Part shown: piece by piece, positions 35,320 to 48,874 of the stretch
How positions within the stretch are numbered: position 1 is the first letter of the stretch
Layout of the letters: every line of letters starts with the position of its first letter
NCBI GenBank assembly: GCA_973895155.1
Contig: OZ316894.1
Span: 2,434,457 to 2,498,456, forward strand
Direction: 5' to 3'
Source: Marsupella aquatica
Taxonomy: Eukaryota > Plantae > Marchantiophyta
DNA length: 64,000 nt
Notes under the pieces: generated by a model
Databases searched by the model: none
What the model saw: the letters and a program-made list of their open reading frames with translations, nothing else
Told to the model about the DNA's origin: nothing
Position numbers and translations under genes: made by a program

Positions 35320-38300
35320 TTGACCAATATATTCCGTTGGCTGGTACAGAAGGTGTCATTTTTGCTCTATTGGAGGGAGATAGAAACGTGGTTGTGGACA
35401 AGGAGATCAGCTTAATTTAAGGTTCTGGCTAGGGCGAGTGATGTAAGGAGAGGATGCAAAGAATCTTCCTTGTCTAATTTTCCTAAATTAAGTTCCCTGA
35501 GATTCTTGGTAATGGGGTCTGTGGCTACATGGCAAACTGGCTAATGGAAGACTAGAACCCTAGCCCCTTTGGACCGAAAGTGGCTGATACTTTTAAGAGG
35601 TGAATGTAGCAAAATCCGAGCCTCTAAAAACCAACTCTGGACAAAACCAAAATGAACCGTTTGTTGGTACAGCAGGTTTGGTCTTTGCTCCTTGGGTGGC
35701 TGGGAGATAAAAACGCAGTTGTGGGCCAGGATCAGAGTCATTTTTAATGTTTTTTGGCCAATGTCATCTTGCGTAAAAGGAGAAGATGCTAAGATTTTTT
35801 TCTATCTAATTTTAGTAGAATAATTTGTGGTGGTCAGATCTTCCTACATTGAAGTAGAACCCTCAGACTGGGTATGTGGTTAGGCAAGAAATGGACTGAT
35901 TGAAGACAAAAAGACCTGGGGAATTTTGGCCAAAAGTGGTTAGTACTTTTCACATAGGTGGAATCTAGCTAATTTTTGCCACTGCAAAAAACAATGGAGA
36001 GGACATAGAATGACCAACAACCAAAATGTATCGTTTGGTGGCACAGTACGTTTGATCTTTTCTCTATGGGAAATAGAAATGCAAATGTGGGTAAGGATCA
36101 GCTTTTTAAGGTGGTTTTGCTTTTGGCTAGGGAGGCTAAGGCACCTTAATGATTGAGAGATCCTAAGATTATTCCTTAGCTTGTTTTCCTAGATTAATTT
36201 CTGACTATCAGACTTTGTTAGATTTAACAAGACAACATCAAACATGTGAAACATGAAACAAGCAAGTAGTTGACACAAGAAATAGTTACGTGATTCATTT
36301 GTCTAGAGGCTACATACACATGAACATACAAGAGAGCTTTATTACACTCCAGGCTTGGCGACCATTATAAATCTATAGTAGAGTCTCAAGTCCCTATGTT
36401 TTTGATAAATCTGCAACAATGAACCTAACTTCCACTTCAAGCTTACTCCAGCTTCTGCATAGTTTTACTAAGTAGCATATCTAACATTGATCATGAACTT
36501 GACTATGGCTAGACTAACTTCTAGAGTCACTCTAGACCCAAGAATAAATGTCTAGCATAACCATGAGATTCTGGCTCATAGGTTATGCTCTAGGTGGGAA
36601 ACTAGCTAAATAATGGAAGACAAAATTCCTAGGCCAAAAGTGGCTAAGACTTCTCCTAGACATGGAATCTGGACCATTTTGGCCGGCTCAAATTGGGAAA
36701 GTGGGTAATGGAAGACAAAAAAAAGCTAGGGAGTTTTAGCTAAGGTGGAATCTAGCCAGTTTTGGCTAACAAAAAACGCTGCATAAGACGTCCATTGACC
36801 AATATCTACCTAAGCTGGTAAAGTAGTGTTTGTCTTTGCTCTATGGGAGGTAGAGAGTGGTGGGCAAAGATCACCTTCATTTGTTTGAAGGTTTTTAATT
36901 TTTAGCCACGGTGGGTAATGTCACATTGAGTGAAGGAGACGATACTATGAATGTTCATTATCTAATTTGCAAGATTAGTTTCTGACCATCAGATCTTCAT
37001 ACATTCAAGGATAAGAGACACTCAGACTTGGTAACATTGTTTGTGGGTGGGAAACTGGCTAATTGAAGACAAAAGACCTAGCCATCTTTTGTTACCAGAA
37101 ACAGCCCACAAGGAATACATTGAAAGTGGCTAAGGGAAGACAAAAAAGACCAAGCCAATTTAATTGCTTCTTTTTTCTCTGCCTCCTTCCTTCAGGCAGT
37201 TTTTTTGGGGTTTCCCTCTTTCCCCCCAAAAAAAACCAAAAAAGGGGAAAAAAAAAGAGACCCAGCCAATTTTTGCTAATAATGCAGGACAAGGCATACG
37301 TTGAAAACTGGCTAAGACTACTTAGAGAGGTAGAATATAGATAACTTTTGCTACAAAAACTATTCCATACAGTAGATTGACCAATATGCACCGTTGGCTA
37401 GTACAGTAGGTTTGTTCCATGGAAGGGATGGACACGCAGTGGGCAAGGGTATCAGTCATTCAGTCTGGCCTCAATAATGAGACACAATTGAAACAGAGTC
37501 CAGATTGATTGGTTAGATTCCATTATTAGTGTCATTACATAACGCTCATGCGAAGAATGTATCAAGGCATCCAATGCCCAATGGACCTCGCCAGACGGAG
37601 GGAATTGATACCTTCACACTGAGGATCCATGTAAAGTGCAATGTGGGTCTCCATATTGCACCATTGATACATTCCCTGGGCCATTGACTGGGCCACTAGG
37701 GGCGAAGGGAGCAACAGCGGATGAACTACTGTAGTTTCCTTTCCACAGATCCTTCTAGTAGTTAATTTGGTTCTTCTCCAAACGAGAAAGTGGTTGCAAG
37801 TGGGGCCATTGTTGGCTTTTCAAAACGTATTGAGAAGAAGAAAAAAAGCAGGAGAGACGATGAGGGGTAAGTGTTGAGGGTTAAGGGTTTCCCTTTTTGC
37901 CAATGTGGCCTTGAGTGAAGGAGAAGATGCTAAGAATGCTCCTTATCTACTGTAGTTCTCTTAGATTGATTTCTGATCATTAGATGTCCTAAATTTAAGG
38001 ATAAACATCAGATTCCAGCTAAAGCAACGTGTGGTCAGGGGGAAAATGGCCCAGGGAACACAACACCCCTGACAAATTTTTGCCAAAGTGGCAAACAGTG
38101 GAGATGGTTGACCTTCATGGAGAGTTGAGAGAAAAGACAGGAGACCATCATATGTCGGTAAAAAGAGCATCCAAGACCAAAAAAAAAACAAAGCCTAAAA
38201 AGGCATGAGAAACGCCAAAAGCAAGTGATGGCCTTTCTCAAGCATCTCTCAAAACAATTCTCCAACGTCATAAATTGGCTCATTTGCAGACCTAAGGGGC

Positions 38301-38543
38301 ACCACTTGAAGTTCTCATTGTATCATATCAGCCAGTGAATCTTTGGATATTGAAATCATGGTCACGTCAAGGCATCAAGGAGACGTATCAGAAAAAAGTT
38401 TCTTTGGGTGCTTAGAAGTAAAAAGTTCATATCAATTATGCTTACAACTTTCCCTCCTAGCCTTGGTGGGTTGGGGCAATTTGCGGCCTCGTTTCTCGGG
38501 CAGGGTTTCAAAGTTTTTCCTATTTTCCTTTTTTTGGTATTTT

Positions 38544-38580
<37 letters not shown>

Positions 38581-38870
38581 CGCTGTAATGCCTCACCTTG
38601 TTTTAACTATCAGATGCTACGAATGTTCTTTAACTAATACCCTTAGATTAATTTTTGACCACTAGATTTCCTTTAGATTTAATGATAACCGTCAGATTCA
38701 GGCTACTGGTAATGGCTAGGTGGGAAGCTAGCTAAAAGGAAGACAAGAACCTCATTTGAAAAGTTTTATCTAGGCTGTTGTTTGTCTTCCATTAGCCAGT
38801 TTCAGCCTATTGTGACTACAACTTTTCAATGAGGTGGAATTTGGTCAATTTTCACCACACAAAAACTCGG
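35320..38870. repeat. Cluster of old, degenerate ~400-500-bp repeats; the family is also present at ~11870-12690
   Basis: Recurrent motifs GG(T)GGGAAACTGGCTAATGGAAGACAAAA, GCCAAAAGTGGCT, GGTGGAATCTAGC, GATGCTAAGA and TTGACCAATAT. Confidence 0.6.
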
Positions 38871-40392
38871 TGTTATATCGTACTGCTGGACCCGTCATCC
38901 ACTGAACTATCTACCAGAAAACTATTCAATAAACAAATGATCGCATGAAAAGTCCCACCACACAAGGTACTTTCAAAGGGGCCAAGAAGCGGACCCATCA
39001 CTAAACCTCACTAAGGATGACCAAAGCAAAGCTCATTCGCTATGGTCAGGCACTCATTGAAAACAGGCCTTGCAAAAGTAACCTTGCTAAAGGGCTATGT
39101 GAGCCATTGCTTTTATTAGTAGGTAATGAGCAATGAGCAAGATCAAAGCATAACCACATTTCTTATGGACCCCATGACCCACACAACATGCATATTATTC
39201 TCTAATGACTAGTCACTCCGATCTATATCTAAACACAATCATTGAAACAATGGAGGAGAACCCACCCAACGTCATTGCAAATTGGAACCATTGGCCCCCA
39301 CCTATCACTACTCACAATATGCCCTCCCTACACCCTAGCTCTAGAGGGAGCATATACACTCTAAACCCAGGCCCAAAGATTGCCATGTCATAAATAAACA
39401 GCTCATCTACACAGCTTTCTTTTACTACGACAAGCATTTTGAACGACGACTAAGGCTTCCACGTAACCAAGGAACCACATGATACTAGAGTAGGAATCAT
39501 GATACCAAATTAAACTGCTATGATGCATGCACAACACCTTCATTCTTAGGTAACAACATAATGTAAACCTCTTCCAAAAAAGGTAGTCCAACTACATTCC
39601 CACCGTTTCTCATCGGAAATCCAAACGCACGGTCCAAACCAACGACTCTCTTGGTAGAGTATGTGGCTCTTTTTTCTTCTCTTAAGTTGATTAAGGTGTA
39701 GTATGACACCCTCATCATTCTTTTTATTGTAATTGTAACGTGCGAGCAAACAGTAAAACTTTTCCTCGCACGAGCAAAAAAAAAATCTTGCATGACCCCT
39801 ATTTTTCTACATGCAACTGCCTCGCTATCAACTACCTGGTTGGTAACATCCCTTTTGGGGACTCCCTTTATGCTAGCGAGCTCGCTAGCCATCTGGAGTC
39901 TTTAAAAAAACACACAAAATGTAAAAGGCACCAAAAAGCAACTGAAATTTGGAGCCATTATTGTCTCGCTATCAAAATCTCCTGTTTGCTCGCAACATAG
40001 AATACCTCCTTTTTATTTGAGACCAATCACTCTGTTGACATGGTCTTCTTGTGCGGATCATCTGCTGTGTTAAGGCATGCAAATCTTCTCTGTAAAGCCG
40101 GGTTTTCATGCCTAAGTACATGGTTATGGGTGCTGCTCTCCATGTCCCTGGCATGGCTGTCAAGTCTTAGGGTTCACCATGCATTTTGCTGAGCCCTTGG
40201 TTTGAATTTCATTTGCACAACTTAGGGCCATAGAGTAAGCATTCTTGCAGGGTGAGTTTTTAAGTTCTTGGAGAAAATCCTATAATTTGTTAGGCACACC
40301 TTCAGCTTCATCCACTCATGCATCCATGTACTATTAAGGTTGGGCTCATCAAAGATAACATAAAGATGCTGTGAGGAAAGAACATGACCAGG

Positions 40393-43300
40393 TGTGACAC
40401 GGGTAACGTGTCACTTAACCGAACCCAGGTCGTAGATTAGGTCTTATACGGTCGATTAGGACCGTAGCCATAGCATAGAATAACACGTATAGCCGTCTGT
40501 TGCCATTATGAATAGATTAGGAGTAGGTTAAGTCGACCGAATGATTAAAAATTTAGGAGGAGGATTATTACGCGCGACCAAGGTACGGTGGCGGCGATGG
40601 AGTAAAAATCCGTTAGAAGAATCACGCTTGGACCGAGGCGCCGACTTCAGCTCATTATCAACGACCAAAACGGCCTGGCCTTCTCACGCTCGGGCTCATC
40701 CTGGCACCTCCATAAGAGAGGAGCCGATGGCACTGCGGGCCATTTGCTCATTTCTACCTTTTGGAATTCGCGGACGCTGCCATTCACTCGCCTTTTTGCT
40801 CGAATCAAGCTGACCTTTACAAGGAGATTATCAAGGGATAAGAGCAAAATGTGGCGAGATTTAGTCAGGACGAGCAAGGCCTCCACAAGCACGAGGACCA
40901 GCCGGGTGGGAATGCGGACTCGACGAACCGGACTACAAGGTTAGTATGACCCTTACAGCCTTGGGATTTTGGACCTTGTTTGGCGAGGTAGGTGCTAAGT
41001 TCTCCGAGACTTACTGGTACTCTTGTCCCGAGAAAGCCGCTTACGAACGAAGATATGCGAAGCTGGTGGCCAAGGTAGCACTGGTTAATTGCGAGAAGAC
41101 AGCCATCACTAGGGATTCCAGCTACAACGAGCTGCGAGACTACATCACCGAGCTATATCTCAGCGAAGGGCTTAGATCGGTAGCAGAGGCGATTCTTGAG
41201 GTCCCAGCAAAGTTCTTTAGGCTGAAGGGCAGCCAGCGGCTTACTCAAGCGGAGTTCGACAAGATTCCGGGGTACCTAGACCAGCAGATCGCAGCCGAAA
41301 AGCGCCAAGAAGACATCAGCAGACAACGGGAAGCGGTGCGTAATCTTACTTTCCTCGGGGAAAGTTCCAACGCCTTCGACTGGGATATGGCCACCCCAAC
41401 ACCACCAGCACCTCAGCCGATGACCACCGGCGTACCTCCGAACCGGTCCCAAGTCCGACCAGTGATCAACATAGAGTGTTCTTTGGGTTCCGAGCGAGTT
41501 AGTCCGCAACTCGAGCAACGTTCTCATAAGCGGCCAAGGACGACGCCGGCCCCCGAATCAACAGCGTGAACCAATGCGGCGCCTGCACCTGCCCCGGCAA
41601 ACCCCCCAGTCAACCAGACCCGATGGCCCCCGGATAACCCGACGGCCCCCGGATAACCCGAAGTCCAACTTATTACAGGTGATCCGCATCCCCGAAGTAG
41701 TCTGGATCGCGATCAAGAAACTTGAACACGCGGACTATCTCAAGGAGCATCAGTTGGAGCCGTTCGCTCACTTGCTATGGAGACCATGCGCCGCCGGGCA
41801 AAAGGAGATTTGTGAGTTCATCTCCAATTTCGACATCGACGCATCGACCACTAAGGTTTCAGGGCAGACCTTATCACTCACGGAGCATCGGTTGGCACAG
41901 ATCTTCTGCCTACCAACCGGGCCGGTGCCGGTTGAACTCCGAATTCGGGATAAGGAGTATACACCTCGGCACTTCAAACCCGAGGGTAAGACGGACAACG
42001 GATACAAGCAGGGGTCGTGCACCAACTTAATCTACATGGAGCGGCTTAACTTCATACGGACTACCCTACACATGATTGAGCCACGATCCGAGATCTCCCT
42101 CTGCACGATCGTACAGGTGGAACAATACAAACGGTGGAACTGGGCCCAATTCTTTTACCATAGATTCTCGGGGGAGCTGAAGCGGGCTCAGGGTGGTATG
42201 GCTATTGGGGGGAAGACTTACTTGGGAAGTCATATCGGCATCATCCTCGCCTGGTACAAGGCACGGCGGGAGTCCAGAGGAAAGAATATGGCCACCTCAG
42301 CCCCGACTAATGTCACCCCCGCCCCAGAGGAGGCAACCCCGAGCGCGCGGACTACCGCCCCTCGGCCAAACCCCAAGCCAGAATCCCCGACTAATACTCT
42401 GTCACCTCCTCCTGTTGAAATTCCGCCGCCCCTTTCCGTCGAGCCTCCGCTACCCGTGGTACAACCACCCCCAATCCCTCCACCACCTGAAGAAACCTTC
42501 CCCTCCCCAGCGCAGACTACGGAGGAGATCGTTGCCCCGCCCAAGGAACCACCGGTACCCGAGAGGATGGAGGACTACCAAGTAGCCCCGGGGACCATGG
42601 CCGACAACCTGGTCCAGAAGTTTAGCCAGACTATGTCTGGGGAGCTGGCGACGTACATCGGACAACAAGTCTCGGTGTACTTTCAACCAGCCTTCTTCAT
42701 GTTAGAGCACCAACCACGGATCGTAAGCCACTTGGAAGAAGAACTCATGGCGAAGGGGAATGAGATTGGGCGCCTCCAAATGCTAGTAGAGCACCTTGAG
42801 GAGGAGGCCACTACCCGCCACGAGGAGTTAGTCCGCACCGTCGAACAGAGGGATGAACTAACACAGGAGTTGAGCGAAGCGCAAGCAGATCTCAAGAAGC
42901 TGGACGATACCGTGCTTCAATTGTGCTCAGAATCTTTGGCTCGGGTTACCAACCTGACCGACCTCAACAAACAGTTGCTGCAGGCAACGTAGCAGGTAGC
43001 TAGTCTCTCCGCCGAACGGGATAAATTGTTGGCGCATGACCAGACCCATCACGACTCCATTAACCAGCTCAACCTGGAGGTAGCGCGGCTCCAGACAGAG
43101 GCCGATGAAGCTGCAAACAAGGCGGAGGAGGCGGTGCGGGACAATAAGGCCTTGCAGGATCGCGTTGCCCTGCTTGTCCTCCAACGGGGAAAACCTGGGC
43201 CCACCTCTGATCAAGGTGGCTCGAGGTCTCGCCCCGACAGGGGGACAAACCCTGGTCTGACCACAGCACACACATAAGGGGTGGTTAGCGAAGGGTGGAA

Positions 43301-44248
43301 GCAGGCGCCGCGCGAGGCAGTTGAGTCAGCGGCATCTTTTGGTTAAGCGTAACAACAGAATAGCTGTCATTAGGCGCCGATTAGCGGCAGTAGGAAGAAT
43401 TAGGACCAAATCAGTTAGGAGCAGCCAGCGTAGGATGGAGTCCATCAATGGACTAGATTTTGTCAGTAGGCTTAGCTGCTGCCATTCCGGTTAGCACTCT
43501 TGTCGTCAACGGTCAACCAGTCAGTACGGCACGGCCAGTTAGTCAAAGGGTAGTTAGTCAGTAGGTATTGCCCCGAAAGGTAGTATCCTCCGCTTTCCTT
43601 CCGCAAACATAGTATTTAGGCTTCCCCTTCCGCTATGAAAAGGGAGAAGGCTTAGTTATCTCAGCAGAAGAAAAGGCGAGACACGGGGAGTCCCGGCCTG
43701 AGTAGGGTCAGAGCGCACCAAGGAGTGAGAGCCAGAGTCGAGCTTGCTGGGCAAGTGCGAGGCAGGGCCTCGTAGAGACTGGGCATCGACTGCCGTTGGG
43801 CCTGCTGACCCCCTTAGAAGTCGAGTCAACCATGTAAACTGATGCTTCGCTGAGTAAATGTAGTCTTTTCCCTCTAATGTTTTCGCGAGTAACTGGTGTT
43901 GTGTGTATGCTTTGTCTGGGCAAAGGCGCCATTTTAAGGGACGTACCGGGTGCGGACTAATGGTAGGGATTGCCACCATTGCATGTCACAAGGTTCTGTC
44001 GCGTCGATGGCTTGAAAAGCCTCAAGCCGAGAGTTAGTCCGAGTCACTAACTGAGGGAAAATTCCAATGGTGGAAAATAAATATACCTATGACTAGTACG
44101 AATTGCGTAAGTGTTATACCAGTAAGTATATCGACTTAGCGGATCGGGGCCACTACACACCTCCTTGCCCGAACCCTCACCCCTACTGGTGGTCGAGGTT
44201 GCGCCATGGAACTAAACTGGATTTAAGGCCCAGGTTAGGGACGCGACA
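40393..44248 (+). mobile_element. 3.86-kb TG...CA element with 5-bp TSD; probably a giant solo LTR carrying an ORF (element A)
   Basis: Starts TGTGACAC, ends GGGACGCGACA, and is flanked by CCAGG at 40388-40392 and 44249-44253. It is GC/CpG-rich relative to its flanks. No internal LTR pair, gag or pol motifs were seen. Confidence 0.82.
40727..43277 (+). pseudogene. Disrupted long ORF of element A (reconstructed ~840 aa): retroelement accessory domain, Pro-rich linker, C-terminal coiled coil
   Basis: ORFs 40946-41569, 41574-42992 and 43026-43277 fuse if in-frame stops (40811, 40862, 41567, 42990) are read through and one copy of the 19-bp duplication at 41619-41656 is removed. The C-terminus is heptad-rich (EELMAKGNEIGRLQMLVEHLEEE...LEVARLQTE). 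Confidence 0.75.
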
Positions 44249-44255
44249 CCAGGCC

Positions 44256-44578
44256 TGTGGGGAGAAATCAGATCAGGAAATACACTCCAAACATACACGT
44301 GCTCAATAGTTACATGGTTTGCCTCAAGGTTGGCTACGTCCACGGGAAGACCAAACTTTATTAACGGTTATGTGTCTACTCAAGCATCACCATAGCTCCC
44401 ATCTCTTCAAGCTCTCATCTCTTGCTATATCACTGTGTTCTCTCTTGAGAACTCTCTTGTGTGTTCTCACACCACATAGAAGTTGAAGAGATAAGGACCA
44501 ATTATTCAACTAGGGTTTACTCTAACCCTAGTTAACATACTAACCATAGTTCAACCCAAGACTGAGTTAAACTCTACA
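44256..44578 (-). repeat. 3' LTR of the copia element
   Basis: TG...CA termini; matches 53096-53410 over 315 bp with about 4 substitutions counted by eye. Confidence 0.95.
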
Positions 44579-44590
44579 AACTCCCCTTGA
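44579..44590 (-). other. Polypurine tract of the copia element
   Basis: Minus strand TCAAGGGGAGTT immediately precedes the TG of the 3' LTR. Confidence 0.8.
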
Positions 44591-44771
44591 CTCACGTCTT
44601 GGGAGGGTTCATAACATTGTCTTTTCCTTACAAGTTCCTCCGCGGGAAGTTCAAGACAGTAGGGCCAAAAGACCCTCCCCCTAATGCAAGGGTTAACTAG
44701 AACTAAGCCGTAGCCGATAACCCATCGGATGGAGTACTCATATAGAGACATTTTCTTGGTTAACTCTATAT

Positions 44772-45989
44772 TTACAATATTTGTAAATAATTACAATGCC
44801 TTGAAAAACTATCGGAGTCTAATACTTTGGTAAAAGCATCCGCTGGATTAAGTTTTCCATCAATCTTGACAAACTCAAATTCATCATCCGATAATGCCTG
44901 TCGGATGAAATGATAGCGGACATCAATGTGCTTTACCCTGCCATCCATCACCTGATTCTTGACAGTGTAAATTGCACTTTGACTATCACAATGAAGATAT
45001 ACACACTCATCTGATAAACCCATCTCCGTGACAAGCTTTTTCAACCAAATGGTCTCTGATGCTGCTTCTGCTGCTGTTACATACTCGGCATCCATAGTAG
45101 ACTTTGCAACACACTTTTGGAGAGTAGACTTCCAACTAATGCATCCACCAGCAAGTGTAAATACATATCCAGTTGTCGATCTCCTCTTATCCAGATCACC
45201 TGCATAGTCTGCATCCACATAACCTTGAAGCACTTTCATATTGTTTGAACTTGCATCAAACAATAAACCCTTCTTAGTGGAACCTCTGATGTAGCGCAAA
45301 ATCCATTTCACTGCTTCCCAATCAACTTTTCCTGGATTTGCCATGTATCTGCTTACCTTGCTAACGGCATAAGCTATGTCTGGTCGGGTGCATACCATGA
45401 GATACATTAAACTACCCACAGCACTTTCATAAGGAACTTTGGACATCAAACTTTTTTCTGTCGCATCCGATGGACAAAATGCTACAGAAATATTGAAATG
45501 CCTTGCCAAAGGAACACTCACAGCCTTAGCATTTGCCATGTTGAATTTTGAGAGTACCTTCTCTGCATATCTTTTCTGCGTCAGCCAAAGTTTGGCTTTG
45601 TTAACATCCCTAACAATCTCCATGCCTAGGATCCTCTTGGTTGTGCCCAAATCCTTCATCTTAAACTTAGAACTGAGTTGGGCCTTAAGCTTATCAACTT
45701 TGCCCCTATCCTGTGCTGCAATGAGCATGTCATCCACATAAAGTACAAGGATGACAAGCTTAAAACCTGTGTTGTTCACACGCCTTATGTAAACACATGG
45801 ATCGTACACGCTTCGCACAAATCCAAGTGATTTCAAAAATTCATCAAAACGCTTGTTCCATTGCCTTGGGCTTTTTTTGTTGAGTAAAACCCTTGGCTAC
45901 CAACCGAGCCTTAAATATCTTTTCAGCATCCTCCGTGGGTCCATCTTTCTTCCTATACACCCACTTGCTGTCAACAGCCTGCTTGTCAC
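44772..45989 (-). pseudogene. Copia reverse transcriptase and RNase H (C-terminal part of pol, internally deleted)
   Basis: KWVY...KARLVAKGFTQ, SPRQW, LYVDDML, MKDLG, YESAVGSLMY...TRPDIAYAV, GYVDADYAGD..RRSTTGY, KHIDVRYHF, NPADAFTK. Confidence 0.95.
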
Positions 45990-47035
45990 TGTCGTATGCT
46001 AACAAAAGCAAATATCATCGAATATATGCTAAAAACTCGGTGTTCGTTCTCGTGGAAGAACAAGAATGGGATGAAAAGATGTTTTAAAGTGTTTTGAGTG
46101 GTTTAGAGATGGTACTCAACATCTATAAGAAAAATAGAATCTTAAACAAAACACAAGGAATTAATAAAATAAGAACAAAGTGACATTTGCTGTATAACAG
46201 AATCTTAGAGCTTTTAGAGGTATAGTTTAGCAATATTGAACTCCGTCACCATGTCTTAAGAAAGAGCTATGGCATTATTTGAGACGTTGATAAGTCAAAC
46301 ATAACCTTGCTATAATTGCTCTCTAGGTTTCTATCATAAATCTATGTTTAAGAAGTGTCTATGCTCACAAAACCCAAGATAAGTTTCGGATTGTGTGTAT
46401 AGTAGTGTGTCATTAAAATGCCGGCAACATGTTTCCTTCTTCAGCGATGCGCAATTCCAAAGAAAAACTAATGCACATTCAGTATACCACAATGGTACTT
46501 CAAATCCGTGAATTAAGAATGTCGCTACTTCTTAATCTATAGATTTCTCTTTTCTTGATTTCATGCAATACTTATCTTCCAAATATAAGTCCTTCATGTA
46601 AATACAGAAATGGACAACAAATGTTGTAGTTTGGATTAGGCACCGACCAACGGATCTTCTAATACATTCCACAAACTGTATTTTTATGGGTTTTACTTCT
46701 TATGATAATTGCAACATGCATTACCATACGAAGGAGGGGTAGACTCCTAGCACAAGTAATCAAATTCCAAGGTATGCAAATCTTCCTTGCAAAATTGCAT
46801 TACACGTACAAGGGACAAAACTCCAAGATGAGGAGATGCAAATAACTATCCACACTGTTTCAAAATGAGACTGGTATCACAATAAGTACATGAGATTGCC
46901 CACGGGCTAAGAAGAATGAAGAGACATGCCTCTTCATTTCCTAAGTCTAAACTAAGTAAAGTAAAAGTCAACTTTGACTAAGGAATAGTCAAATGGTCAA
47001 AGCTAAGTAAAAGTCTACAAAATAAAATACTAATC

Positions 47036-48874
47036 TCATACTATAATAGGAGGAGGGTCGACTACAAGTAAAGGGAGGCGAGCTACATAACCAAGGGCTA
47101 TCTTCCCTTTGGTCCTCTGTCCCTTCAAATATTGTCGACGGAAAAGGTCCTCACGATAACGAATCAAACGGGGCTCACTGGTCTTTCGGATGGGATGTCC
47201 ATCCGGTCCGATCCAAACAAAGTAATCTGATGGCCATGGAATGTCTGGAGCTGGAAGAGGGAAAGGTGCTATGACCTTTCTACAATGATAAACCCAACTC
47301 CAAAGGTCAGGAGTCTCAATCGTGGGTAATCTCAGCTTGTCGATAGGTAGCCATAGAATACCACGAGAAATCGGAACCATGTCGTAGGTGTGTGGAAAAG
47401 GAAAAGACTCACGACCAAACATAAGTGGAGGTAAAGGAGGTGCAAGAGGAGTGTGTGCGTCGATGAGTGACGTAATCATCCTATCAAACTGGGCGGGAAA
47501 GACAAAAAGAGGCTCAATGTCGGCAACAGAAGAGACAATAGGAGGCTGAGACATCAAAGGAGTAGGAGCTATAAATGGTACACTGGGAGGCTCTACAGTC
47601 TCAGGCTCAGGCTCAGTCTCGGGAATAGGCTCAGGAATAGGTTCATCTCCTTCCATGGTAGGAGAGGGAAATGAATCATCAAGGGGTGATAGGGTGGTAT
47701 CCTCAATAGAGGAAAATGGATCTGGAGGGGGTACTGGTGAAGGGGGTAAAGGAGATGGAGGGTGCTCAGGTGAAAATGTAGGAGGGATAGGGGAAAGAAT
47801 GGGATCAGGTAGAGGGGGTGTAGGTGAGGATGGAGAAGGGAGTGAAGGGTCAGCAATAGGTAGCTCCGGCTCATCCACATCCATAGGGTGATCAGGCTGT
47901 GGTGAAGGTGCAGGGGGTGAGACATGAGGGGGTGGGACGGTACGAGACTCAGAAAGCAAAGCACGAATACAGTCAAGCAACTGTAGAGGGGTACAACTCA
48001 AGAATCTAGTGGCCTCATCTACCAAATGCTGGTTGAAACCAACCACACTAGCTAGTCGCTTAGCATCACCAACAAAATCAGTCCATGACGTGTAAGAAGT
48101 GGAAGCAACAAAAGAGGGAGAAGTCATCCCTGGTAGATCTGGTGCTATCGTCTGCTCCACTGGAGGGGGTCTCGGAGATGTCGTCGGTGGTGGAGTCAAC
48201 TCTCTCGCTAACTCTGGCTGAGGTAGCTCAAAGTGTCTCGCTCTCCTCCTCCAATCGCTCAGCTCCACTGGTAATAAGCAGCCTCTCGAAAAGTAAATGT
48301 GCGCCAAGTAGGGTGTCAAATAGGTATCACCGGTAGTAGACAAGACAACCACCTGCTTGGCGATCACATCCGAAAGAGCTAAGGCCCAGTTGATCCTCCT
48401 CTTGCCGGTCCATGATACGATGATAGAGTTGGTCAAGTAAACCATAGCCCTGGTGGGTTTGGTCGGATGAAAGATAGGTACAAGGAATCGGAGTAGATGA
48501 GCTAACTCCCGGTTCCTGCACTGATCAATCTTCCAACCAGACCTCCGGTCCCTGGTACCTCTAAAATAGGGGACAGTCAAGTCCTCTCCAACAGAGATAA
48601 GTCTCTCTCCCTCCTGGCTCAACTGGTACACCTCAAAAACAACGGCGGTGGTACACACATCAGCTGAACCTCTAGTAGAACTCCGAAAAGTGCCAGTTCA
48701 GGGTGGACGAAGAAAATCGGCAATGATGGACCCATGCACCATATCCCAAGGAAGAAAAAGTAAGGAACTCAAGCCCATCTCTACCAGGTTACTAAGGAGT
48801 CTAAAGTAAGCCTTAGGACCTGGAGGTAAGGTCACCCTGATGGCCTTACTAATTGGTAAGCTTCTGGTGGCCAT
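47036..48874 (-). pseudogene. Long ORF of element B (612 aa with one in-frame TGA): retroelement accessory domain and Pro-rich region
   Basis: ATG at 48874 is in frame with the 540-aa ORF, with a single TGA at 48698-48700. Motifs GWKIDQC...LRFLVPIFHPTKPT, INWA and TYLTPYLAHIY precede a long Pro/Ser/Glu-rich tract. Confidence 0.8.

Noticed and set aside
40393-44248. Element A as a Ginger/Polinton-type DNA transposon or a TRIM
   Set aside because: There are no TIRs beyond TGT/ACA, no integrase, and no pair of short direct terminal repeats.
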